From positions 64,001 through 128,000 of the forward strand of contig CAVSBL010000002.1 in assembly GCA_963726255.1 (NCBI GenBank): 64,000 bases of DNA. The letters run 5' to 3'. A program made the translations under genes and the position numbers. The notes below the pieces were generated by a model. That model was not told the DNA's origin and did not search any database. It saw only the letters and a program-made list of their open reading frames with translations. Numbering within the stretch: position 1 is the first letter of the stretch; each line of letters begins with the position of its first letter. This document shows positions 32,958 to 42,847 of the stretch, piece after piece. The DNA is from Candidatus Bathyarchaeota archaeon (GTDB lineage: Archaea > Thermoproteota > Bathyarchaeia > 40CM-2-53-6).

Positions 32958-34073
32958 ATGATCAGAAAGATTCGCACTCGATCTATCTGTGCCTTAATCC
33001 TACTACTTGCTCTCATAGTTCTTTCCGCAAACGGACCCTATGTTACGAGGTTCGCGAGTGCTCAAGGAGCGCTTCCGACCATAACCTCGTACCGCGTAGA
33101 CGGCGCCCCTAACTATGATGCCCCCGGTAGCGAATCATTCTGGAATAGTGTCGGCGAGACAACGGTTCCATTAGCGGCCTCAGTGTCACCAGGTGGGGGT
33201 CATACCGCGAATGTCCTTGTCAAGTCCGCCAATAATGGGTACGATATCTACATCCTACTTCAGTGGCATGATGATCAGGGGCCCTCCTTCGGCTCCGCAA
33301 GCGAAATCTACCAAGCACAGAATGGAACGCTGCTACCCTTGGATCCTGCGAGCACTTCCAACGTGGGCCAATTATTTTACAATTCAACCTACTACTACCA
33401 AGACCGAGCAGCAGTGCTCTGGTTCCTTCCAAGTGCTTCCAACAGACAGCAGTCACCTGTAATGGAACTTGGGTCAAGTGGCGCCATTACTGGCGGCGCC
33501 GCGGACATTTGGCATTGGCAGTCAGTGCCAACTGACAATAGCTCCAACGATACTGATTTCCCAGGGGGCTATACGGACCCATCCGGAAACCCCATCTTTC
33601 CATCCGATAACTTGTCCTTCGCGGAGGATGACTACACTAACACGACAGGGTTCTTTGTTATCGCAGGCAGTTTTGGGCAAGACTCGCCGAACCTAGTCCC
33701 CAACGCAGACCCCTACATAGTCCACGTTGGAAATTCCTTCTCTACAACCGAGAAGACTTGGACGGTTGAAATGGTCAGGGCTTTCAATCCCTCGGACGCG
33801 GCAGGATATAGAGTGCTGCTTGCAAACGGGGCGAATTATTTCGTTGCCTTCGCTATTTGGAACGGAAGGTTGGGAGAGTCTGCCCACATCAAATCTGTCT
33901 CGCCATGGTACAACCTAGCGATAAGCAGCCAAGCACAACCAACACCAACAACCCAGCCCACTGGAGGCGGCGTCAGCCCTGCACTATCTGCTGTAGTTGC
34001 TATCGGTCTCCTCATCGTTGGAGTCGTCATTGGAATCCTGACAAGACCGAAACCGAAGAGAAGTAGGCGGTGA
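32958..34073 (+). CDS. CbsA-like / EB_dh DOMON heme-binding membrane-anchored protein
   Basis: Signal peptide, YILLQWHD, DRAAVLW, ADIWHW, WTVEMVR, VAFAIWNG, H near the C-terminus, C-terminal TM. Confidence 0.75.
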   Translation: MIRKIRTRSICALILLLALIVLSANGPYVTRFASAQGALPTITSYRVDGAPNYDAPGSESFWNSVGETTVPLAASVSPGGGHTANVLVKSANNGYDIYILLQWHDDQGPSFGSASEIYQAQNGTLLPLDPASTSNVGQLFYNSTYYYQDRAAVLWFLPSASNRQQSPVMELGSSGAITGGAADIWHWQSVPTDNSSNDTDFPGGYTDPSGNPIFPSDNLSFAEDDYTNTTGFFVIAGSFGQDSPNLVPNADPYIVHVGNSFSTTEKTWTVEMVRAFNPSDAAGYRVLLANGANYFVAFAIWNGRLGESAHIKSVSPWYNLAISSQAQPTPTTQPTGGGVSPALSAVVAIGLLIVGVVIGILTRPKPKRSRR

Positions 34074-34077
34074 CGCA

Positions 34078-34707
34078 ATGGCCGCGCAAGAACGGTGGCG
34101 GAGAGTTAAGGAAACAAGACGGAACTTCCTAAAGGTCATCTTGACCTTCTCGGGCCTGTTAGTTATTGGCGGCGTTGCGGCCATCGCCAAGTCCATTACA
34201 AATTCAGCTGAAGGCACGAAGAACCCTGTCGGAACAAAATCATTTCCAAGAGTAAAGGTCGCCCAACTGGCCGATTTGAGCGTCAATCAACCAGTGGTCT
34301 TTGCGTATCCATTGGACAATGAGCCGAACATTCTCGTTAAACTGGGGCAGAAGGCCGACGGTGGAGTTGGCCCGGAGGGTGACCTAGTCGCATTTAGCGG
34401 CGTCTGCCAGCACCTGGGATGCATCTACGCCTTTCAGGCACCCGGAACATCTCCGACGTGTAACGCTTCCTACAGCGCGGCAGGGCCGGAAGGGTATTGC
34501 TGTTGTCATGGGAGCGTCTTCGACTTTCTGCATGGAGCGAAAGTGCGTTCAGGCCCTTCTCCGAGGCCTCAACCTCAAGTTCTCTTGGAAGTTGACGAAT
34601 CAGGAAATGTCTACGCGACGGGAATGACTCCGCCTACGATCTTCGGACATAACACCGGATCCAACGACGTTTCCTCAGATCTTGAAGGCGGAAACCCAGT
34701 GAGTTAA
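34078..34707 (+). CDS. Rieske [2Fe-2S] protein with Tat signal (SoxL/AioB-like)
   Basis: RRNFLK; CQHLGC and CCCHGS; GPSPRP. Confidence 0.93.
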   Translation: MAAQERWRRVKETRRNFLKVILTFSGLLVIGGVAAIAKSITNSAEGTKNPVGTKSFPRVKVAQLADLSVNQPVVFAYPLDNEPNILVKLGQKADGGVGPEGDLVAFSGVCQHLGCIYAFQAPGTSPTCNASYSAAGPEGYCCCHGSVFDFLHGAKVRSGPSPRPQPQVLLEVDESGNVYATGMTPPTIFGHNTGSNDVSSDLEGGNPVS

Positions 34708-34712
34708 TCTCT

Positions 34713-36200
34713 GTGAAACGAAACGAATACGATAACACGCTTGCTCGTCTGGTTAAATGGTTCGATAGTAGGCTAGGGCTCTCTTACCCGCTCCTGAGGC
34801 CTGCCCCCGCCTATTCGATCAACCCATTCTACTGGTTGGGAGCGCTCACCGTCGTAGCCTTTCTGATTCAAGGTGTCACGGGCGTCATAATGATGCTCTA
34901 CTACGTCCCCAGCCCAGCCGCGGCTTTCCCGTCAACTCAGTACATCTTCCAGGATGTCTACTATGGTAGGTTTCTGCAGACCGTTCATCTCTACACAGCT
35001 TACGCGATGATAGTGCTAGCGTTCATGCACATGATGCGAGGTTACTTCGTGTCGGTCTACAAGAAGCCGAGAGAAATGATGTGGGTTGTTGGGATGGTGA
35101 TGGGCTTCGTTACGCTAGGTTTTGGCTTCACAGGATACTTACTTCCGTGGACCGTGATTTCAAAATCTGCCACTGACGTTGGAATCGGGATAATCGATGC
35201 CTTGCCGCCCTCGCTGGCCTCATTTGTAAGCTTCCTGGCCGTTGGTGCAGGCGGAGATGCTACGGAACTGCTTCGGTTCTACGATTTGCATGTCGTAGTC
35301 CTCCCAGCGGTCTTACTAGTTCTCCTCACAACAAAGATGTACATGCTGGAAACTCACGGCATCTCAAAACCAGCAACAGGCCAACCTGCTCGCGGGAAAG
35401 AAACCAAGCTAATCCCGATTTTTCCGGATGTTCTCATGTACCTCCTCGAACTGGCAGCCATCTTCGGGAGCATGATGTTACTGATCTCCGTCATCTTCCC
35501 CCTAAGCCTTCCTCCGCAGTACACTCCGGAACTCGCCGCCCAATTCGTCCCACAACCAGACTGGTACTTCCTCTGGATCTACCAAATTCTCAAGATCTCG
35601 ATATTCGAAGGGCCCGGTCTTCCGATAGCACTCGCGATGGTAACAATAGTCTTCATCGTGCTCATTCTTCTTCCTTTCATCGACCGCGGGGCGGGCAGGA
35701 TGATTCGTGAAAGGCCTATGCATGTTACCCTTGGCCTAATCTTCATCGGTGAACTGATTGTGCTTGCATATTGGGGGCTTCTGACGCCGGGCCAGATCAT
35801 TCCATTCGATCAAGCTGCGGCAGTCCTAGGAGGTACGGCCCTCGTCATCGCTCTAATCTCATTCCTTCTGTACGTACTGACACAGAGCAAGCGATCAGGC
35901 CAAGCCGGGGTCGCGAAACCGCCAACGGGGTTGCGGAGACTGCCCGTCGCGATTTGCTTCGTCGGTGTGATAGCGCTTGGTTCTCTTGGGATCGGCAGGT
36001 CCCTGAATGACGTCGTGGAGATGGCTTTGAGTGGGTTTAGTCTTGCGAGGGAGGTGAGCTTTGGCTTTTCGCTTTCTTTGATTGGGGTCGCAGTGCTTGC
36101 CGCGATGTACCTATTGTATTGGCTTGGGTTCGAAGAAGGTTCGCTCAAGAGGAGAATCTACTTGTTCGACCTAGGATTGAGGGCGAATGGACCAAAGTGA
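34713..36200 (+). CDS. Cytochrome b subunit of a Rieske/cytochrome b complex (SoxN-like)
   Basis: YWLG, H-x13-H helix, GYLLPW and PDWY Qo motif, with additional C-terminal TMs. Confidence 0.93.
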   Translation: MKRNEYDNTLARLVKWFDSRLGLSYPLLRPAPAYSINPFYWLGALTVVAFLIQGVTGVIMMLYYVPSPAAAFPSTQYIFQDVYYGRFLQTVHLYTAYAMIVLAFMHMMRGYFVSVYKKPREMMWVVGMVMGFVTLGFGFTGYLLPWTVISKSATDVGIGIIDALPPSLASFVSFLAVGAGGDATELLRFYDLHVVVLPAVLLVLLTTKMYMLETHGISKPATGQPARGKETKLIPIFPDVLMYLLELAAIFGSMMLLISVIFPLSLPPQYTPELAAQFVPQPDWYFLWIYQILKISIFEGPGLPIALAMVTIVFIVLILLPFIDRGAGRMIRERPMHVTLGLIFIGELIVLAYWGLLTPGQIIPFDQAAAVLGGTALVIALISFLLYVLTQSKRSGQAGVAKPPTGLRRLPVAICFVGVIALGSLGIGRSLNDVVEMALSGFSLAREVSFGFSLSLIGVAVLAAMYLLYWLGFEEGSLKRRIYLFDLGLRANGPK

Positions 36201-36447
36201 ACAGATAGTTAGTTTACTCTTTTTGCTACAGGCGGTCGCGACCGTTTTCCTTTGGACTCTCGACGCGTTGAGCACCGTAAGCGAAGGCAAATTCGCAGTT
36301 TTCCTAGCCGTCGACCTGCTATCCTTTGCCATGATCTCTCACATATATCGGACGCAGAGATGGAAGAGGCTTCCCAACAGAACTTGGCTACTGTTGGGTT
36401 CTATTGGGCTAGTCATACTAATACTATCAGGCCTCCTCTTCCCATAA
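36187..36447 (+). CDS. Small three-TM accessory protein of the Rieske/cytb cluster
   Basis: Overlaps the cytb stop; hydrophobic. Confidence 0.7.
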   Translation: MDQSEQIVSLLFLLQAVATVFLWTLDALSTVSEGKFAVFLAVDLLSFAMISHIYRTQRWKRLPNRTWLLLGSIGLVILILSGLLFP

Positions 36448-36619
36448 GTGAAACGTAGTCCCGAAGCCGGCCAAATGTTCACTTGCGGTCAACATCATAT
36501 TGATGCCGTAATGGCATACGGCATTGCGAAATCTTAGTCATGCGCGGGACAAGAAAAGTTATTGACGCACTCCTTCCTCAGGTGGCGTGCAGACTCATAT
36601 GAACGGGCGGTTGTGAGTA

Positions 36620-37090
36620 GTGGAGGATATTGTTTGGGATAGAGCGAAAGGTGAGCTGCGTATTGTGGGGAAGAGGCATGTGGCACTTGATGCCGAGGCG
36701 TTGTGCAGACACCTTGACGGCCTCGTTGGGTCGTCGGTTGCCGAGGTCATAATTCGAAATCATGAATTTCATCTAGGGAAAGAGGATGCGGAGAAGCATC
36801 GTAGAGATAACCCGAAGGCTACCATCGAGGATACCATTGAAATGGTCAAGTTGACCGACCTGCTTTCCGGCGTTGGTGTCACCAAGCATACTCTGAATCC
36901 TGATCACTCGGTTTCAATTGAGATAGCGAATCCATGCGTCAAGGAAGCCACCGGCGCCGCAAAGTCGCTACTCTTCGGCTACTGGAGCGGAATATTCTCA
37001 CACCTGTTCGGTAAGAACTATGAAGCGAACGACGTTTACTTCAACGAATCGAAAAACGTTCTGTCCGCCCGACTCGTCCCCAGAAGTTGA
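36620..37090 (+). CDS. V4R-like small-molecule-binding protein
   Basis: W...KGEL.I.GKRH...G.EDA...SGVG...GYWSGIFS pattern. Confidence 0.55.
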   Translation: MEDIVWDRAKGELRIVGKRHVALDAEALCRHLDGLVGSSVAEVIIRNHEFHLGKEDAEKHRRDNPKATIEDTIEMVKLTDLLSGVGVTKHTLNPDHSVSIEIANPCVKEATGAAKSLLFGYWSGIFSHLFGKNYEANDVYFNESKNVLSARLVPRS

Positions 37091-37485
37091 ACGGAATGAG
37101 CCCTGAAAAACTGGTCATTACTGCCGACGAAGTTTTCGCCGTCAACAAGAAGATTCGCTGGGTAGCACTAGCCTCGGATGAAGGGGATGTGTTGCTGAAC
37201 CAGATGCGGCCAGACGTACGAACCTATTCGCCCACCAAGTTCGACCGTGAATTCGTCACCCTCGGACCATTAACTATCATGGGCATCTGCGAGAGGTATG
37301 CCGAGTATGTACACGGCGTCGATTGTATCGTCGTCTGGTTCGGACTCGTTGCATGCATTTTTGCTCGGCTGGGGAAGCAAGTATTGGCGGTTTCAATGGA
37401 AAGAGACCGAGAGGCGGTATTAGCATTCGAGAAATGGCTGGAACGGAAGCGAAGAGAGATCACTGCAGACTTGCAAAAGAAATAA
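37087..37485 (+). CDS. Profilin/roadblock-like (DUF6659-like) protein
   Basis: VFAVNKKIRWVALASDEG..L..MRP; overlaps the upstream gene. Confidence 0.55.
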   Translation: MNGMSPEKLVITADEVFAVNKKIRWVALASDEGDVLLNQMRPDVRTYSPTKFDREFVTLGPLTIMGICERYAEYVHGVDCIVVWFGLVACIFARLGKQVLAVSMERDREAVLAFEKWLERKRREITADLQKK

Positions 37486-37632
37486 TCTCTCACTGGGGTA
37501 AGCATGCGCCCCAAGTCAGTGCCCTTTTCCGTCGATGTTGGTGGTCTTTTCATCTACGCGTCTGCGATTTGTAGTTATGACCCGTAATTGCAATAATTAA
37601 GCAACCACTAAGGGACCGCCTCCGTGATTTGA

Positions 37633-38895
37633 TTGGCCTCAATGGAATATGGTGATTCTTTCAAGGCAAAGCATCTCAAGGGATTGTCGCCGAGGGCGTT
37701 CTTTTGGATTTCATTATTCATTCTAAGCTCAATGGCCGTAGCTATCGAGGTCGGCTTCAGTGCCAATTATCTAACTCCGGTCACCGCGCCTCAGCTTTCA
37801 AACAATTCAACTTCGCAGGGGCTTATTGTTGACGTGTACACCGATAATGCCGGTCGAGGAGCAAACGTGCCGATCGGAACCTACACCGTGGGAGACTAAA
37901 TCAAATTCTACGTCTCACTCAGCCAAAATTGTTTGATAAAGCTTGAATTCATAACACCTGATGGTTCGATTTGGATTCACGAGGTGGCACTAGTAAGCGC
38001 TGGAACTTTCGTGGACTATTTTGAAGCGCAGTATCCCATCGGGCTATGGAGAATAGTGGTCGTAGCCCAACAGGGCTCAAGCACCGTCACGGAAACTGCT
38101 CCGTTTGAGGTGGTTGACAAGGCGCTCTATACTTTTACCCGAACAGTCTCATCCAACGCAAGTATCATTGAAGAAACCAGATTCGACGGGAAAGTCGTGC
38201 AGGTTTACCTATACCCGAGGGGAGGCGTTTATGGTTGGAACATATCGATCACACGCGTTTACCAAGGGCCAGAATCTATCAACACGACCGTGAGCGTTGG
38301 AGTAGTCACATATAATGAGGTTGTGAGCGTGTTGCCCAGCCTTCGTGCGGGCTACGTCGATCCAAACATCACGTTAGGAGATCAGGTGCAGGTTTACGGC
38401 TTGCTCTCTCAGAATACGGGCAAATTATCCGTCACCTTGAATGGTTCCGAGAATTACTACATCAAGAAAGCGAGCACGCTGTTCAACTCACCTGAAATCA
38501 TCTTGTTTGCAAGAGACGTATTTTCCGAAAATCTCACGGTAAGAATTGGCGGAATCGCTATCCCAGGAACCCAAAACGCCAAAATCACAACAGTGAACTG
38601 GAGTTGGGGAGACGGCCAAACCTCAGAACAACAATTTCCTGCAACCCACACGTACGACAAAGTAGGGACCTACGTCATTCAGATCAGCGCTACTCAAAAC
38701 GATGGCCTGTCGACAATCAAATCACTTTCAGTAACCGTCTCACCGAATGTGCACTCTGAAGCCGCGACTCAAACAACTGTTGCGAAAGCAAGTGATTCGA
38801 CGTTCGCCTTAGCAGCGGTCATAGCGACGATCGCACTGGTTTTGGTTGCAACCATACGATTCAGATTAAAGAAAGCGAAGTCAGCTACGACGTAG
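37633..38895 (+). pseudogene. PKD-domain surface protein with an in-frame TAA at 37897-37899
   Basis: The two ORFs (37633.. and 37933..) share a frame; PKD motif WSWGDG...HTY...GTY; C-terminal TM. Confidence 0.7.
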
Positions 38896-39017
38896 TCGCT
38901 ACGGTACACCCACGCCAGGCTGTGTTTTGGAATAGTGCGATGCGACAAGTGCCATTATCTGTCACGGCGACAAGCGACCGAATACCATTCACAATCAAGT
39001 TGGCCACTAGTGGAAGC

Positions 39018-39110
39018 TGGTGGGCCTGGCCGGATTCGAACCGGCGACCCCACGATTTCTGAGAAGCACCCTATCAGTCGTGTGCTCCAGCCAAGCTGAG
39101 CTACAGGCCC
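39018..39110 (-). tRNA. tRNA-Ile(GAT) with a 15-nt canonical 37/38 intron (39057-39071); CCA encoded
   Basis: GGGCCTG...CACGA CTGATA[intron]A TCGTG...GGTTCGAATCC...CAGGCCC A CCA. Confidence 0.95.
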
Positions 39111-39458
39111 TGCCGTGGGGGTGTGCTAATCCTTTTGTTTTAAGGATTTGTTCGCACTTCCGTTCAGGTTTAGTGTGTTGGTTATCTGTTTTTCAGAGAA
39201 TACGGACAGCTGAGTATCTTTCAAGGCTTGGCCAGTCCTGATGCGACATGTGCATGCTGTATATCTGATTCAGGTTTGGTCAGACGGTGGACAGTTCTCA
39301 CGATTCGGAGGTTTGAGTCGTGCAGATGTGTCGGGACCGAGTGTTCCCAGCTTGGGTTGAGGGGAACACATCTTTGCTTAGGGAGTATGTTCCATCTATA
39401 GAATCCATACGGCACTATGATTAGCATATACTTCGAGTGATGGTCCATCCAATGGAGT

Positions 39459-40022
39459 TTGAAGAACGTGCATGAGGTTAGATTTCACGGCCGAGCCGGT
39501 CAAGGCATACTGACCGCCAGCCGCCTGTTTGCTCAAGCCGCAATTCTGGACGGCAAGTATGCACAAGCGTTCCCCGACTTTGGTCCAGAACGATTGGGAT
39601 CGCCGGTAGCGGCATTTGCCCGCATCGATGACCAACCAATCGAAATCAGGAGCCAAATATACACCCCGACAGCTGTCGCAGTCTTCGAAAAAAGCCTGTT
39701 GGCGACAGTGCCTGTAACGCGAGGGCTCGTACCAGAGGGGCGTTTTGTGGTAAACTCCACAGAGTTAGAAGCGTCCGTTGTCAAGAAAATGAGTGATGAG
39801 TCCAAGGCATCCGCGTTTGTCGTCGACGCCTCTCGAATTGCAAGGGAACTAATCGGGACCCCCACCGTAAGCACGATAATGCTTGGGGCACTTGCGAACG
39901 CGTCTGCTTGCCTTAGCATCGAGGCCTTAGAATCTGCCGTGAAACAGAGGTTCCACGGCGAGTCGGGTGAAGTTAACGCGAAGATGGTTAGGATGGGGTT
40001 CAAGGAGGTTAAGCAAATTTGA
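39459..40022 (+). CDS. porC: Pyruvate/2-oxoacid:ferredoxin oxidoreductase gamma subunit
   Basis: EVRFHGRAGQG and FGPERLGSPV. Confidence 0.9.
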   Translation: MKNVHEVRFHGRAGQGILTASRLFAQAAILDGKYAQAFPDFGPERLGSPVAAFARIDDQPIEIRSQIYTPTAVAVFEKSLLATVPVTRGLVPEGRFVVNSTELEASVVKKMSDESKASAFVVDASRIARELIGTPTVSTIMLGALANASACLSIEALESAVKQRFHGESGEVNAKMVRMGFKEVKQI

Positions 40023-40300
40023 AGGCTGCCGCAAAAGCTGGCTGGCGAGACATGGTTCGCGGCGCCGTAATTGTCGAACCAGGTTCTGCTAGAGAATTCA
40101 AGACTGGGGATTGGAAGACTAAGAAACCTATCTTGAATGAGGCGAAGTGTACCAACTGCCTCTTCTGTTGGATTTGGTGCCCCGAACCAGCAATTTTGCG
40201 CGGGCCGAAGGTCATCTCCTTCGACTACAACTATTGCAAGGGTTGCGGCATATGCGCAGTTGAATGTCCAGTCAAAGCAATCACGATGGAGGAGGAATAA
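40019..40300 (+). CDS. porD: Pyruvate/2-oxoacid:ferredoxin oxidoreductase delta subunit
   Basis: TGDWK; CTNCLFCWIWCP and CKGCGICAVECP. Confidence 0.92.
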   Translation: MKAAAKAGWRDMVRGAVIVEPGSAREFKTGDWKTKKPILNEAKCTNCLFCWIWCPEPAILRGPKVISFDYNYCKGCGICAVECPVKAITMEEE

Positions 40301-40303
40301 ACG

Positions 40304-41494
40304 ATGCAAAATACGAAGAAGACCCAACTGGTCCCGATGAGTGGGTCAGAAGCAATCGCAAAGGCAGTAATCCAGTCAAACGTGGATTTCATCTCAGCGT
40401 ACCCGATTACACCGCAGACAATAATTGTCGAACGCCTCAGCGACCTTGTGGCGGGCGGCGAGACCAAAGCGAAGTTTGTGAACGTAGAATCCGAACACTC
40501 TGCCCTCTCAGCGTGTGTTGGAGCGTGCCTGGCTGGTGGACGTGTCTTCACTGCAACTTCCAGCCAAGGCTTGGCTCTGATGCATGAAGTCCTCTACCTT
40601 ACGTCAGGTCTTAGGTGCCCAATTGTGATGGCGGTCGCCAACCGAGCACTCTCGGCTCCCATCAGCATTCACGGCGATCACTCCGACATGATGGGGTCAA
40701 GAGATTCCGGGTGGATTCAACTCTACGTTGAGAACGCGCAGGAAGGATACGATTGGATAATGCAGGCCTACCGAATTGCAGAAGATGAGCGTGTCTCATT
40801 ACCGTTCACGGTAAACATGGATGGCTACGTGATAACGCACTCAGTTGAACCACTAGAACTAGTCAATCAGAGCGAAGCAAACAAGTTTCTACCCGCGAGA
40901 CAATCTAGCCTGAAGCTCGACACCAAAAAACCAATTACGTTTGGGACGCTAACCCTACCTGACTACTACACGGAGTTCAAGAAACAACAGGACGAGGCGA
41001 TGCGAGCCGTCCCGGAAGTCTTCAACGAAGTGACAAAAGAATTCGCTGAACTAACGAGCCGCCGCTACGAGGAGATTACCCCTTACGCTATGGAAGACGC
41101 GAAGGTAGCGATCGTTTCCCTAGGGAGCGCATCAGGGACGGTGAGATGGGTCGTCCGCAATCTACGAAAACAAGGCCTACCTGTGGGCGCGATGAAAATC
41201 GCACTCTTCAGGCCATTCCCACATGAACAGGTCGGGAAACTGCTTGAACACCTCGATGTCGTAATAGTCCTAGAACGAGCCCTTAGCATAGGCGCCCATT
41301 GTGGGCCACTAGCCAGCGACGTAGTCTGCTCACTCTACAACCGCTCAGGGCAACCAAGAGTCTTAGATGTGGTAGCTGGGCTGGGAGGCCGCGACCTCTC
41401 GCCCGACAGCATTGAACAGATCTTCCGGACCGGGCTTGGAGCCGCTTCAAGGCCCACGGGCCTAGAGATGGAATTTGCGGGGGTGCGAGAGTAG
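40304..41494 (+). CDS. porA: Pyruvate/2-oxoacid:ferredoxin oxidoreductase alpha subunit
   Basis: AYPITPQT, ESEHSA and TATSSQGL. Confidence 0.92.
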   Translation: MQNTKKTQLVPMSGSEAIAKAVIQSNVDFISAYPITPQTIIVERLSDLVAGGETKAKFVNVESEHSALSACVGACLAGGRVFTATSSQGLALMHEVLYLTSGLRCPIVMAVANRALSAPISIHGDHSDMMGSRDSGWIQLYVENAQEGYDWIMQAYRIAEDERVSLPFTVNMDGYVITHSVEPLELVNQSEANKFLPARQSSLKLDTKKPITFGTLTLPDYYTEFKKQQDEAMRAVPEVFNEVTKEFAELTSRRYEEITPYAMEDAKVAIVSLGSASGTVRWVVRNLRKQGLPVGAMKIALFRPFPHEQVGKLLEHLDVVIVLERALSIGAHCGPLASDVVCSLYNRSGQPRVLDVVAGLGGRDLSPDSIEQIFRTGLGAASRPTGLEMEFAGVRE

Positions 41495-42415
41495 ATGCCA
41501 ACCCTCAGAGAGCTGCAAGTCGAAGAACTATACGGCCCAGGACATCGACTCTGCGCTGGTTGCGGCGCATCGATCACAGCCCGAATGACATTGAAAGCCC
41601 TGAAACGGCCGACGTATGTCGTTAACGCAACCGGTTGTCTTGAAGTAGCAACGACGATCTACCCCTACACCGCTTGGCGGGTCCCTTGGGTTCACGGGCT
41701 GTTCGAAAACGCACCAGCCATAGCGAGTGGAGTCGAGACCTACCTGAAATCAATGAACGGCGGGAAGCTGGATGCGGACATAGTAATATTCGGCGGCGAC
41801 GGCGGAACTTTCGACATCGGTCTACAAGCGCTTTCAGGAGCTTTCGAAAGAAGGCACGACTTCGTCTACATATGTTATGACAACGAAGCGTACATGAATA
41901 CGGGAATTCAGCGTTCCAGCGCGACACCCGAAGGGGCTTGGACAACAACCACGCCAATCGGCGTAGCATCGCCGGGGAAGACAGGGCCGAAGAAAGATCT
42001 TGTCGCGATCGCACTAGCACACCACGTAGATTACGCGGCCACAGCCTCAACCGCCTATTGGAGCGACTTCATAACTAAAGTTCAGAAGGCAGCAGCGGTC
42101 GATGGCCCGGCCTTAATTCACGCAATCGCCCCCTGCCCGCTGGGCTGGCGTTTCAAGACGGAACAAACAATCCAGATGGGAAGGCTCGCGGTTCAAACTC
42201 GCTACTTCCCCCTGTATGAAGTTGAGAGAGGAAAGTACAAGCTCAGCTTCAACCCTCATGTTGAACCACTCGAAACCTTCCTCCGCATGCAGGGACGATT
42301 CAGCCACCTATTCCTGCCTCAGTACACTGACGAGCTGAACACTCTGAAGGCCCAGGTGGAGCAGCGGTGGGCCGCGCTCCAAGAACTCTGCCAGGGAAAA
42401 TATCCCACTTGGTGA
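41495..42415 (+). CDS. porB: Pyruvate/2-oxoacid:ferredoxin oxidoreductase beta subunit
   Basis: GHRLCAGCG, GGDGG, DNEAYMNTGIQRS and PCPLGW. Confidence 0.92.
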   Translation: MPTLRELQVEELYGPGHRLCAGCGASITARMTLKALKRPTYVVNATGCLEVATTIYPYTAWRVPWVHGLFENAPAIASGVETYLKSMNGGKLDADIVIFGGDGGTFDIGLQALSGAFERRHDFVYICYDNEAYMNTGIQRSSATPEGAWTTTTPIGVASPGKTGPKKDLVAIALAHHVDYAATASTAYWSDFITKVQKAAAVDGPALIHAIAPCPLGWRFKTEQTIQMGRLAVQTRYFPLYEVERGKYKLSFNPHVEPLETFLRMQGRFSHLFLPQYTDELNTLKAQVEQRWAALQELCQGKYPTW

Positions 42416-42455
42416 CGTTATCAAGCCGAAGTCAGCCGTATGGAGGTGAGAATGT

Positions 42456-42587
42456 TTGGGGACAATAGGGAGATGCGCCGAGTGCCGGGATTGCTACGGT
42501 AACAATTGCTCACAATGTACGATATGCGGAGCTGGGTCATATGAGGTGTGTCTTCACTGCCCACCGAGTATGACCTTAGGCGGGTGA
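42456..42587 (+). CDS. Cys-rich microprotein (43 aa), below the ORF-track cutoff
   Basis: SD GGAGGTGA at 42442-42449, TTG start; MGTIGRCAECRDCYGNNCSQCTICGAGSYEVCLHCPPSMTLGG. Confidence 0.65.
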   Translation: MGTIGRCAECRDCYGNNCSQCTICGAGSYEVCLHCPPSMTLGG

Positions 42588-42620
42588 AGGGGTCGACAAA
42601 CCCGCCGTTGTTTTTTCTCT
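42579..42620 (+). terminator. Hairpin plus T-tract after the por operon and microprotein
   Basis: GGCGGGT...ACCCGCC followed by TTTTTTTCT. Confidence 0.5.
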
Positions 42621-42676
42621 AATCAGCATACTGCTCGAATAAACCGTTTAAAGGAGAGCTGGTTTTCTAGGGCTCG

Positions 42677-42794
42677 GGGCCGGTAGTTCAGCCTGGTATA
42701 CTCAACTTTCGGCTGGGGCCAAAGAACGTCCGGTTCGCATTCCTTTGAAAGAAAAACCGGAAGGCCGCGGGTTCAAATCCCGCCCGGTCCACCA
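42677..42794 (+). tRNA. tRNA-Ala(CGC) with two introns (D-arm 42700-42723; 37/38 42740-42755); CCA encoded
   Basis: Acceptor GGGCCGG/CCGGTCC with G3:U70; anticodon arm TCCGG TTCGCA..A CCGGA; T-arm GCGGG TTCAAAT CCCGC. Confidence 0.9.
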
Positions 42795-42847
42795 AAATTT
42801 CATGACGATTCTTATGCTACGTTTCAAGTAAGTCTTTTAGCCAGTAA

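Noticed and set aside
34078-34707. Arsenite oxidase small subunit aioB
   Set aside because: No molybdopterin aioA adjacent; the gene is followed by cytochrome b.
37897-37899. Sec/Pyl recoding of the in-frame stop
   Set aside because: The codon is TAA, not TGA or TAG.
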